Below are positions 50,656 to 58,463 of a DNA stretch of 64,000 bases, piece by piece. The stretch is from IMG/VR virus record IMGVR_UViG_3300036770_002019, positions 22,683-86,682 of that record. One strand, 5' to 3'. This DNA comes from an uncultured virus (IMG/VR IMGVR_UViG_3300036770_002019) (taxonomy: Duplodnaviria; Heunggongvirae; Uroviricota; Caudoviricetes; Crassvirales). The notes below the pieces were generated by a model. That model was given only the letters and a program-made list of their open reading frames with translations. It did no database searches and was not told the origin of the DNA. The stretch's first letter is position 1. Every line of letters begins with the position of its first letter. The translations under genes and the position numbers were made by a program.

Positions 50656-51029
50656 TTGTTATAAACCTGCATGAAAAGATTTGAATACTTTGGGTAGTAC
50701 TTTATCCATCTCTCATGCTTTTGAATAGTATTAACTACAGTCCCATGCCCTCTGTTTACGTAGTTACCTATAGATACAACATCTATAGAAACTAAGTTTC
50801 TACTTACTGCTTCGAATATAGTCCTAGCAATAACATGCTCATGCAGCCTGGATTTAGATACGACATTATATTTAGATATACCTGTTACTTCACAAGTTAC
50901 ATCCATAACAATATCCATATTTAATCCAGTCTGCAGCTTGTTAATTCTTAGTATTTTATTTCTAGTCAGATCTGGGAGACCTGCGTAAACATAAGCAGGG
51001 ATAGTTATTACTTTAGATCTACAGTACAT
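50628..51029 (-). CDS. DnaA C-terminal-like HTH protein
   Basis: SKSR...VIAR...SIG..VNRGHGTV. Confidence 0.7.
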   Translation of the reverse strand: MYCRSKVITIPAYVYAGLPDLTRNKILRINKLQTGLNMDIVMDVTCEVTGISKYNVVSKSRLHEHVIARTIFEAVSRNLVSIDVVSIGNYVNRGHGTVVNTIQKHERWIKYYPKYSNLFMQVYNKCSTYILDL

Positions 51030-51199
51030 ATGTAAGATAGATTTGAAGTTTTAGTACTATAACTCTTTGAGTACTCTCTAGCTTCTTTATCTGATTTAAA
51101 CGCAGCCACAACATTTGAAAAACTTGAAGTATTTTCAACAGTCATAACTAAATAAATCTTAGAGATCTTATCTCTTTTAAACAACTTAAATATTCTCAT
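51008..51199 (-). CDS. Hypothetical protein
   Basis: Coupled small ORF. Confidence 0.5.
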   Translation of the reverse strand: MRIFKLFKRDKISKIYLVMTVENTSSFSNVVAAFKSDKEAREYSKSYSTKTSNLSYICTVDLK

Positions 51200-51513
51200 T
51201 GGTCTGATGATTTGATAAATACTCCGTTTTCTGTTTTACCTGTTCTGTTTTTAATTTCCTCCCAAGCAGCTTCTAAACATTCTTGAGGGGTTAAATCTAA
51301 CTGCATAGCTAGAATAATTAAAGTGACAAAGGAATCCCCTATCCCATCTTTAATGCCTTCTTTGTTTTTACGAGCCATAGCTGCAGCTGTCTCCCCAACC
51401 TCCTCCATTACTTTGAGCATTTGAAAGTTAGAGTAATCAGATACTAAAATCTGTTTGTCCGTAGCCCATAAACGTACATTCTCAATGAGCTCATCAAAAG
51501 TTTTCTGTTCCAT
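51196..51513 (-). CDS. MazG-like NTP pyrophosphohydrolase
   Basis: KVMEEVGE...DGIGDSFVTL...IKNRTGK. Confidence 0.85.
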   Translation of the reverse strand: MEQKTFDELIENVRLWATDKQILVSDYSNFQMLKVMEEVGETAAAMARKNKEGIKDGIGDSFVTLIILAMQLDLTPQECLEAAWEEIKNRTGKTENGVFIKSSDQ

Positions 51514-51515
51514 AA

Positions 51516-52022
51516 TTATTTAATTAGTGTTCTCCAATTAGTTGATTTAGGTAAAATCTTTAGCCTATTAGTGCCTAACACGCTAATCATATTATCTAAA
51601 GGACTGTTGTAAAGATTAATACCGTACAAAGATTTCTTGCACTTATATAAGCTACCACTGTAACCATAGAAGTATATAAAATCTTTATCTTCTTTTACGT
51701 CTTTAATCCCAGAGTTTACTCTCCAACTATAATTAAACTCCCCATATACTTTGTAGATAGGGCCATCATCAAAGAGTATTCTAATAACCACCCAATTATC
51801 AGGCTCATATAAGCTAGTATAATCAGGTTTCTTTTTAAACGTTCGACTAATAAAGTCTTTTAATTTAGTCCACATTTTACTGGAAATTAAGGATGAATAA
51901 ATAGATTCAATTGAAGAGTAAAACAATCCAATAACTATAACTGCAGCTAGTGTAACTATTACAGTTATCGCTGTACCAAGTAATAAAGAACTTAGTACCT
52001 CAAGTATCTTACTTAGATTCAT
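51516..52022 (-). CDS. Conserved phage protein with N-terminal TM segment
   Basis: PDNWVVI...SWRVNSGI...GYSGSLYKC. Confidence 0.6.
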   Translation of the reverse strand: MNLSKILEVLSSLLLGTAITVIVTLAAVIVIGLFYSSIESIYSSLISSKMWTKLKDFISRTFKKKPDYTSLYEPDNWVVIRILFDDGPIYKVYGEFNYSWRVNSGIKDVKEDKDFIYFYGYSGSLYKCKKSLYGINLYNSPLDNMISVLGTNRLKILPKSTNWRTLIK

Positions 52023-52036
52023 TTAGTTTTTAATCT

Positions 52037-52366
52037 TTAATTTTCTGCCGAACTTTCCCAATGGGTTAGTATAAACATTACATCTAGGTATGGTTCTTCT
52101 TTCTCATCAAGCACTACTGCGATCTTTATACCTCCACAATCTGAGCTGTAGTAGACCTTGTCTACATCGTCATACTCAATGTCTTCAAATTCCTTGATGA
52201 CCTCGTGAAGCCTAGAGGTTAACTCTGAATAAATCTTACCTATAGAAACTGGCTCACCTCTCCATGTCCATTTAAGAAACTCCATAACAGAGTGAATCTT
52301 CTGCACATCTAAATTGTCAATGACATCAATAATGTGCTTGTCTTTATCTTCAAATTTGAATTTCAT
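52037..52366 (-). CDS. Hypothetical protein
   Basis: ORF on the coding strand. Confidence 0.6.
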   Translation of the reverse strand: MKFKFEDKDKHIIDVIDNLDVQKIHSVMEFLKWTWRGEPVSIGKIYSELTSRLHEVIKEFEDIEYDDVDKVYYSSDCGGIKIAVVLDEKEEPYLDVMFILTHWESSAEN

Positions 52367-52587
52367 AAGTCAAGTGTTACATTGTAAGTGTTCATTAAGT
52401 CCCGTAGTTCCTCTCTGGTTTTCTCAAGGACCGCATATTCTGATTCAGTCAAGCCTTCGTGCTTTAGTTTGCTACGTAGATACTGATCTATATCCCATAG
52501 TACAGCATAGTAATTACCAGCGTTAACAGCTAGTTTATGCTCTGCATTTTCTTCTGGGAGATTAAATTTAAGTGTTGCTTTCGCCAT
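52363..52587 (-). CDS. Conserved small phage protein
   Basis: MAKATLKFNLPEE...WDIDQYLRSKLK. Confidence 0.65.
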   Translation of the reverse strand: MAKATLKFNLPEENAEHKLAVNAGNYYAVLWDIDQYLRSKLKHEGLTESEYAVLEKTREELRDLMNTYNVTLDL

Positions 52588-52603
52588 TTGTAATTGATTT
52601 TAG

Positions 52604-52677
52604 TGCGCCCACCAGGGCTTGAACCTGGGACCCACGGATTATGAGTCCGTTGCTCTAACCAACTGAGCTATGGGCGC
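52604..52677 (-). tRNA. tRNA with CAT anticodon, probably Ile2 (lysidine type) rather than Met
   Basis: Complete cloverleaf GCGCCCA...ACGGA-CTCATAA-TCCGT...TTCAA...TGGGCGC-A; C4 and C5 fit TilS determinants; no encoded CCA. Confidence 0.9.
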
Positions 52678-52695
52678 TGATAAAAACTTTAAGTG

Positions 52696-53337
52696 TTAAG
52701 CTTTCACTACTTTAAGATTGGTTGCCGATTTAGTCCTTACGACCTCGCCTTCTTTAGTCCATCGCCAAAACACGTTGCCGTCATAAAGCCCGTAACTTGT
52801 TGGCTCTTGACGATCTCGCTTGCCGATCAGTAAGTAGAAGCCGCCCCCCTCGTGCGGTGATTCGACAAGGATATGGGGTTCGGTTTCAAATGAACTTACA
52901 ACACCCCATCCGTTGCTGTTCCAATACAACCGCTGCTTGCCATAGATACAGTTTGCCCCGTCACCGTCAAACGAGAATACTCCTTCGTATGTTTCTGGTT
53001 TTGGAGCGGGCTGCGGTTCGGGCTTCGGGCTGCGTGCCTTCAACAGTTCCCGCAACTGATGAATCTCTCCGATGGTTAGGGGCTGGGTTAGGCGTTGGTA
53101 CTTAGCCATGAACTCGTCGTAGGTATAGCGGGTGAATTCATCGCCTGCGTCTACACTGAAAATCCCATATCCATCCTCGGTTGTCAACACGCGTAAATCG
53201 CCCGTCGACCATCTCTGATTAAAATCGCTCCACATTGGCACGGGGTCAGGCTTGTACCCCATTGAACGCATTACTTCTGTAACCGCGTTGTACTGCTCTT
53301 CGTCGGCTATTTTAACCGATAATCTTTTCAATTCCAT
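52696..53337 (-). CDS. Hypothetical protein (higher-GC island)
   Basis: 213-aa ORF with a Pro-rich linker. Confidence 0.65.
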   Translation of the reverse strand: MELKRLSVKIADEEQYNAVTEVMRSMGYKPDPVPMWSDFNQRWSTGDLRVLTTEDGYGIFSVDAGDEFTRYTYDEFMAKYQRLTQPLTIGEIHQLRELLKARSPKPEPQPAPKPETYEGVFSFDGDGANCIYGKQRLYWNSNGWGVVSSFETEPHILVESPHEGGGFYLLIGKRDRQEPTSYGLYDGNVFWRWTKEGEVVRTKSATNLKVVKA

Positions 53338-53352
53338 TGTTATTTGTTATTG

Positions 53353-53370
53353 TGCCGTTAGGCGGTTATT
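53353..53370. repeat. 18-bp direct repeat, copy 1
   Basis: TGCCGTTAGGCGGTTATT, identical at 54463-54480. Confidence 0.85.
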
Positions 53371-53380
53371 ACTAAATTCA

Positions 53381-53698
53381 CTATCGGCAAACGTTACTTA
53401 CCTTGTACGGACTAATCGTATCGCTCCCCGCTATCACATACCCGTCAATTAACTCGCACTTGCGATTGATAACCACGGGGTGTTCATCCCATGCGGTGCG
53501 CCAGTATCGGCATTCGCATTCGTTGTGTGTTAGAGGGGTTACAATATATTTACCAACTCCCATGACGGCAAAGCCAATTAAAATAATAATACTAACAGCT
53601 ACTGTCAATGCTAAAATGTATTTCAGAAAGTCTTTCATATATGGGGTATAGACCGCTGCTATGTGTTGTAGTTTTGACTTCATAGTTACGTCTTCCAT
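53381..53698 (-). CDS. Small membrane protein
   Basis: One TM helix. Confidence 0.55.
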   Translation of the reverse strand: MEDVTMKSKLQHIAAVYTPYMKDFLKYILALTVAVSIIILIGFAVMGVGKYIVTPLTHNECECRYWRTAWDEHPVVINRKCELIDGYVIAGSDTISPYKVSNVCR

Positions 53699-53892
53699 AA
53701 CTCGTATATTATGGACTCAATGTTATACCCCTTTAGGAATTGCGCAACCATGTTCGGGCACTCAACTTCAACTCCGTATTCATGCAATTCGGCATAATAC
53801 CCTTCTGCTTTCAGTAGTTCCAAAGCCGCAAACCTGTGCTTGTTTGCAATTAAAAGTATGTGTGTTGTTCTCATCTTCTCGATTCCCAACAT
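53686..53892 (-). CDS. Hypothetical protein
   Basis: Coupled ORF; true start is probably the internal ATG near 53874. Confidence 0.45.
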   Translation of the reverse strand: MLGIEKMRTTHILLIANKHRFAALELLKAEGYYAELHEYGVEVECPNMVAQFLKGYNIESIIYELWKT

Positions 53893-54095
53893 TGGTTATT
53901 CTCAGGGGTGCATAGTCCGTTGTTGGGGTAAACGTCCTTTCCCTTTTTATTACAGTAGCCCTTTGACTTGGGTAACTTGTTCACCTTGTACTTCTCGCGG
54001 TAATCTTTAGCCCAATCAACGTCACGGGCAAAGTGTTTACACGCGTTGCAGTTGGTGTCGATTGCTTCCAGTTCAATGTTGCCTTCGCGTGTCAT
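53871..54095 (-). CDS. Cys-rich small protein
   Basis: CNACKHF...GYC...C...C. Confidence 0.55.
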   Translation of the reverse strand: MTREGNIELEAIDTNCNACKHFARDVDWAKDYREKYKVNKLPKSKGYCNKKGKDVYPNNGLCTPENNQCWESRR

Positions 54096-54448
54096 ATCGG
54101 TAGCGGTGGGAGGGGTGTGCCTTGGTCGTAGTGAAGGTAAACGTCATTCCAAAACACGTCTTTCTCATTGGTTCTTGTCCAATCTGCGAAAGAGGCAATT
54201 GCATACTTAATGCAAGTAGGCTTAGCCCTTAGCTCAAACTCAGGGTCATACTGCTCAAGAGCGCGTTCCCGATAACCGTTGGGTAATCTTTCAAGCCATC
54301 CGAGTACGGTGGTGGGTTCGGTCGTCGGTTCGGGTTCGGTGGGTTTAGGCTGCTCCAACTCGTTCTTGCACATTTTGCACCAGTAACCGTCGTATGTCTT
54401 TTGCGGGTCAGTACATCCGCAGTTAGTGCATAATTGATTTGTGTTCAT
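54092..54448 (-). CDS. Zn-ribbon-containing protein
   Basis: CTNC...CKMC and a Pro/Thr linker. Confidence 0.6.
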   Translation of the reverse strand: MNTNQLCTNCGCTDPQKTYDGYWCKMCKNELEQPKPTEPEPTTEPTTVLGWLERLPNGYRERALEQYDPEFELRAKPTCIKYAIASFADWTRTNEKDVFWNDVYLHYDQGTPLPPLPI

Positions 54449-54462
54449 TTCAAGTCGTGTTA

Positions 54463-54480
54463 TGCCGTTAGGCGGTTATT
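54463..54480. repeat. 18-bp direct repeat, copy 2
   Basis: TGCCGTTAGGCGGTTATT. Confidence 0.85.
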
Positions 54481-54550
54481 TAATCTGTTCAAATACCTCC
54501 ATCACTAATGCAATGGCTGCGTCGAGTAGTGCTGATAGTATGTGATTCAT
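54476..54550 (-). CDS. Putative 24-aa peptide (not in ORF track)
   Basis: MNHILSALLDAAIALVMEVFEQIK; ATG overlaps the upstream TGA (ATGA). Confidence 0.4.
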   Translation of the reverse strand: MNHILSALLDAAIALVMEVFEQIK

Positions 54551-54927
54551 ATCAAATTCTTTAAAACATAATCAAATGCTGCACTATATGCTTCTTGTGG
54601 TGAACCATAAAAAATTTCTTTCCCGTTATAATGATTTCCAAATCTATAAGGTTTGTGGATAGAAATATAATATCCCATATCTTTACTGTCAGGAGATTTA
54701 ACTTCAATCCAAATACCATGATTAACTCTTAGCCATTCACAAACTTGCCATTGTTCTGGTGCTGAATAATATGGGTGTAAAGAGTTTTTATGAATTGTAT
54801 TACCACAATTAAAAGGCAAAGGTCTTTCATCACCTTCTTCTACACACATTTTACATTCTACATCAAATTCTTTTTCTTTAAGCCACTTAGCTTGTTCAAA
54901 GGTTACGTATGCTGGTTTTATTTCCAT
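54547..54927 (-). CDS. Conserved Bacteroidota phage protein
   Basis: YVTFEQAKWLKEKEF...SAPEQWQVCEWLR. Confidence 0.65.
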   Translation of the reverse strand: MEIKPAYVTFEQAKWLKEKEFDVECKMCVEEGDERPLPFNCGNTIHKNSLHPYYSAPEQWQVCEWLRVNHGIWIEVKSPDSKDMGYYISIHKPYRFGNHYNGKEIFYGSPQEAYSAAFDYVLKNLI

Positions 54928-54929
54928 GA

Positions 54930-55688
54930 CTATTCGTATAAATAAGTTCCTGACAAATAAGTTTTACCATTGATTGTTGTGGTTTTTAATCTTTGATAAG
55001 TAGATTTAGAATTCTCTACTTTTGTCCAATTTTCTTTTTCAACAATATCTGCTGACATTAATCTACAAACTTCTTCCATTTTAGCAACAAACCATTTAGG
55101 TGTTTTAGGTTGTTTGAGGGATTGGATAATTTGTTGATAATCAGACTCTGTTAATTCTGCTGAGTTATCTGTCATACTATTCATCCACATATCAATTCCC
55201 ATATTAATAGCATTTCTCAAATCTCCTTCACTATATGCTTTAGTTGCTGCTTTTGATGCAAACTTATATCCGCAATTTACTCCAACCTCTAATACATCAA
55301 AAATGTCTTGAATAGTTATCATACCTTTACCTAAAGGATATTCGTCTTTTAAGTTTTCAAAATTAGAATAAGCAAACTTTTTAGCCTTTTCTAAAGAATA
55401 ATCTTCAACAACAATTTCAGGAAGTAAAGGTAAATCTAATTCAGGGGCATTACCTTTTGGTTGGTAGGCGATGACTTTTTGGAACTGATATACCTCCTCC
55501 ACGTCAAAACAAGTATCACAAGTTAGCCCATACCATCTTCTATGAGGCTTACTATAAGGCATATCATCAATTTCGCCTACAACAACAATTCCCACATAAC
55601 CAGGAATTAAAGCCAAATCATTTTCTTTAACTTCTTCATCAGAAACAGCTAATATATAATCAGGTGTTTCAATTATTTGTAGTTTCAT
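54930..55688 (-). CDS. Hypothetical protein
   Basis: 252-aa ORF in a coupled run. Confidence 0.65.
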   Translation of the reverse strand: MKLQIIETPDYILAVSDEEVKENDLALIPGYVGIVVVGEIDDMPYSKPHRRWYGLTCDTCFDVEEVYQFQKVIAYQPKGNAPELDLPLLPEIVVEDYSLEKAKKFAYSNFENLKDEYPLGKGMITIQDIFDVLEVGVNCGYKFASKAATKAYSEGDLRNAINMGIDMWMNSMTDNSAELTESDYQQIIQSLKQPKTPKWFVAKMEEVCRLMSADIVEKENWTKVENSKSTYQRLKTTTINGKTYLSGTYLYE

Positions 55689-55900
55689 TTGATTTTTATT
55701 AATGGATAAGCGTTGATAATTAAGTCTGTGGTTATGAAATCTTTTTCAACTTCATTTTCACATGCTTCACTAGCTGCCTGCAAAGCTGCTGTTACATGGT
55801 ACTCTATAATTTCTCTAATAGCTTCTTCTGAAGCTTTTTTGCTTGTTAACCTTTCTAGTACGTCTTTAATTTCCATCTTATTTCTTTTTGAATTGTTCAA
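55685..55900 (-). CDS. Hypothetical protein
   Basis: HVTAALQAASE...IINAYPL; start uncertain. Confidence 0.55.
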   Translation of the reverse strand: MNNSKRNKMEIKDVLERLTSKKASEEAIREIIEYHVTAALQAASEACENEVEKDFITTDLIINAYPLIKIK

Positions 55901-56132
55901 ACAATTCTTGTGTTGTATAATATTTCATATCCAAACCAATCCAGTTATTTTTAGATGCAGTTTGGAAATCTTTAATTCTAATCCATTCAGCAAATTCAAT
56001 AGCTTCATTATACATTCTTTCAGCTTGCCATTTAGCACCAGCAATGAAATGGTCGTTAATATCTAAAAATGAACTATCAAAATTAAATCTTGCATATTTT
56101 TCAGCCGCTTCTTCGATTGTTTCGTGTGTCAT
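55878..56132 (-). CDS. EEAA/GAKWQ-motif protein
   Basis: TIEEAAEKY...GAKWQAERMY. Confidence 0.65.
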   Translation of the reverse strand: MTHETIEEAAEKYARFNFDSSFLDINDHFIAGAKWQAERMYNEAIEFAEWIRIKDFQTASKNNWIGLDMKYYTTQELFEQFKKK

Positions 56133-57010
56133 GGTGTTTGGTTTTTGAATTGTTCAAACCATTTTCTTGGCGACATTTTAAAGTCAATTACATTGTCCCC
56201 ATGACATAGATCCCCACAATGAAAGTCATTCATTAGTTTTCGGATAATAATCTCAACGTCTAAGTCGCTGTACATTCTTTTCGCTTGCCATTTAGCACCT
56301 TCTTTAAAAGATTGTTTTCTGTTTACTGAATCTATTTCTTGTTCATCTTCAATAAGGTATTGAACTGCATAATTCTCAGCAGCTTCTTCAAGCGTTTCTT
56401 GTTTAGGGTCTACTAAATGTCTAACTCTATTTTGACATCCATTTTCATCACAATAATTCATTGTGCATTTTTCTTCTGGTGTTTCACAGAAAGAATGTGT
56501 TTTAGGTAACTCGAATGCGTTAAGTTCTTCTTGTGGAATGATGATTTTGTAAGAATAATAAACACCATTTAAAGGATTAATTCTTTTAGATTTATTTGGT
56601 TCAAAATGTTGTTTAGTTTTAATCTCAACAAATTCACATTTGGAATTATTAACAAACCATTCAAGAAATTCATCATCAATAGCTTGTACACCATCTTTGA
56701 TAAGATCTTGGTCTGTTGTTAGGATGATTTTTTTGCAAGCATTTAATACTTCAGTAACTCCATCTTGAAATCTAATTATACCTATATTTGATTTAATTTC
56801 TACTACTTTATGAACTAATTCTTCAGAACATAAACACCAATCACCTTCTTTAATTTCTTCATCAGAAGTGATGTAGATGTTATGGTAAGTTCCAATAAAG
56901 TGATTATTAGAATTTGTACTTGAGTTGTCTTTCAAAAATTGTAAATTACCTCTTTTTGAAAGTAACAACCTACTTGGTCTATCTGTTGGTAGTATGAGTA
57001 TGTTTTTCAT
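56129..57010 (-). CDS. EEAA/GAKWQ-motif protein
   Basis: NIYITSDEEIKEGDW, KKIILTTDQDLIKDGVQAIDDEFLEWF, TLEEAAENY...GAKWQAKRMY. Confidence 0.7.
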   Translation of the reverse strand: MKNILILPTDRPSRLLLSKRGNLQFLKDNSSTNSNNHFIGTYHNIYITSDEEIKEGDWCLCSEELVHKVVEIKSNIGIIRFQDGVTEVLNACKKIILTTDQDLIKDGVQAIDDEFLEWFVNNSKCEFVEIKTKQHFEPNKSKRINPLNGVYYSYKIIIPQEELNAFELPKTHSFCETPEEKCTMNYCDENGCQNRVRHLVDPKQETLEEAAENYAVQYLIEDEQEIDSVNRKQSFKEGAKWQAKRMYSDLDVEIIIRKLMNDFHCGDLCHGDNVIDFKMSPRKWFEQFKNQTP

Positions 57011-57103
57011 AACGTTTGATTTATTGGTTATAAAAAAGACAGCTCACAGGCTAAGGGTCACGTGATTTAATTCCGCGTGTGGAAACTGCCATTATTTAAT
57101 TAG

Positions 57104-57334
57104 TTACGCAGGCATAATCAGCATTATCTGAAACTTACCATTACAAGCCGCTTCTTCGGCTTCTTCAATAGTTTCGTAGCAAGGAATAAAGCCAGCAATA
57201 CCATGCAATTTTTGTTTGCGTTCTTCTCCTGTAAACGTGTCAGTGTATGCTATATCTTGGCTTAATTTAAGCACTGCATACAATACATTGTTGTTGACCT
57301 TGTCTGATTTAAAATTGTCCTGTGGTTGTTTCAT
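57104..57334 (-). CDS. Cassette-like small protein
   Basis: ORF bounded by degenerate attC-like boxes. Confidence 0.55.
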   Translation of the reverse strand: MKQPQDNFKSDKVNNNVLYAVLKLSQDIAYTDTFTGEERKQKLHGIAGFIPCYETIEEAEEAACNGKFQIMLIMPA

Positions 57335-57382
57335 ATCGCTGTGATAGGTGAATAGGGGTGCTTCTATAAGTTAGTTAGTAGC
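57276..57382 (+). mobile_element. Degenerate attC-like site
   Basis: R''-like GCATACAAT and R'-like GTTAGTAGC (57374-57382); the arms are not complementary. Confidence 0.4.
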
Positions 57383-57384
57383 AA

Positions 57385-57639
57385 TTATTTTTTGCTACGT
57401 TCTGTGCAAAATTTACAGTTACCTTTATGACAAATACTTCTACCGCCATACACCATCGATAAAACATATTCACAACTATCTATTTCAACTATTTTATAGC
57501 TTCCGTTGTCATATTCAGTATTTGTTTTGGTGTATTGCTGTTTATTTTCTGGTATTTCACAACCGCAAAAAATGACAGCTACTAACAGCACATAAGCAAA
57601 AGCAAAGGTTCTGTGGTAAATTGATGTTTTCGTTTTCAT
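57385..57639 (-). CDS. Cassette-encoded putative lipoprotein
   Basis: Hydrophobic stretch followed by IFCGC; HKGNCKFC; N-terminus encoded within an attC-like arm. Confidence 0.65.
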   Translation of the reverse strand: MKTKTSIYHRTFAFAYVLLVAVIFCGCEIPENKQQYTKTNTEYDNGSYKIVEIDSCEYVLSMVYGGRSICHKGNCKFCTERSKK

Positions 57640-57713
57640 ATTATATTCTGTTTTTAAGTTAAAATTTTCGCTTCTAAATCTTTGCCTTCGCTTATCTGCA
57701 AAACATTAGCGGC
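57578..57713 (+). mobile_element. attC-like hairpin site
   Basis: GCTACTAAC-AGCAC-ATAAGC-AAAAGCAAAG...CTTTGCCTTC-GCTTAT-CTGCAAAAC-ATTAGCGGC; a 20-nt arm pairs on the minus strand with 17 Watson-Crick and 2 G-T pairs. Confidence 0.7.
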
Positions 57714-57717
57714 AATA

Positions 57718-57927
57718 TTACTCGTGCCATTCAACATAAGTTCCGCAAGTATCGCAGCACTCTTCGTATGTTACTCTTTCGTTGACAATGTACGCTTCAC
57801 AATTAGGACAGTATGCGTCTGCTGTTTCTGATACTAATTCAGCTTGTGAAGGAATGCTGCTGCCAACATCACCTACCCGCAAGGCAGGGTTTATCGGTTT
57901 ATTGGATTTCTGTTCCTTTTTCATCAT
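57718..57927 (-). CDS. Cassette-encoded Zn-ribbon protein
   Basis: CPNC...CDTC; first ~24 aa are encoded by an attC-like site. Confidence 0.65.
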   Translation of the reverse strand: MMKKEQKSNKPINPALRVGDVGSSIPSQAELVSETADAYCPNCEAYIVNERVTYEECCDTCGTYVEWHE

Positions 57928-57992
57928 TAGTGCTATTTTAAAAGTTTGTACTATTTAATCCTGCCCTGTCGAATAGCTGAATGCCGTTATAT
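57859..57992 (+). mobile_element. attC-like hairpin site
   Basis: GCTGCCAAC-ATCAC-CTACCCG-CAAGGCAGGGTT...AATCCTGCCCTG-T-CGAATAG-CTGAATGCC-GTTATAT; includes an extra-helical base. Confidence 0.65.
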
Positions 57993-58027
57993 CCCCCGCG
58001 ATCTTCCCCTCGCGGTGTGGGGGTGTT

Positions 58028-58234
58028 TCATGGGGTGCAATTCGGGAACTTTTCTGTAAATGCTTTAAGTATTTTAGGCAGGTCAATTTCATAAATCATT
58101 GTGTATTCCTGTTCGCCTTGTTCCTTTTGAAACCTTTGTGTTTGCCACCATTTCCATATTTCAACATCGTCAGGAAAACTACGATTAACAGCACTTTCGC
58201 GCTTATCGTCTTCAATCGGGTACGATTCGTGCAT
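58028..58234 (-). CDS. Cassette-like small protein
   Basis: Contains R''-like GATTAAC-AGCAC (58183-58194) near its start. Confidence 0.55.
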   Translation of the reverse strand: MHESYPIEDDKRESAVNRSFPDDVEIWKWWQTQRFQKEQGEQEYTMIYEIDLPKILKAFTEKFPNCTP

Positions 58235-58256
58235 TTTTTTTGTATTAAATTGTTAG

Positions 58257-58330
58257 TACCCCCAACAGGACTCGAACCTGTAACCGAGAGGATAGAAGCC
58301 TCTTGTTCTCTCCAATTGAACTATGGGGGC
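58257..58330 (-). tRNA. tRNA-Arg(TCT)
   Basis: Cloverleaf GCCCCCA...AGAGG-CTTCTAT-CCTCT...TTCGAGT...TGGGGGT-A; has the A20 Arg identity element. Confidence 0.88.
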
Positions 58331-58463
58331 ATAATGCCCGTACTTTCCGAGCTGTCATAGCTTACCTTGCAGCTAACCGTGTTCCCTTATCTCCAGAGAC
58401 CAATAGCACCCGTTTATACTCTGGGTACACCGAGATGAAAGCACGATTGGGGAATCTGCTTTG

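Noticed and set aside
53871-54095. c-type cytochrome (CNACKH)
   Set aside because: The motif is CxxCxH rather than CxxCH and there is no signal peptide; metal binding is more likely
52696-58258. CRISPR array or DGR
   Set aside because: The repeats are few and separated by whole genes; there is no cas or reverse transcriptase gene and no adenine-specific repeat pair
58257-58330. Amber suppressor tRNA (CTA appears in the loop)
   Set aside because: The 7-nt loop CTTCTAT centres on TCT, and A20 supports Arg identity
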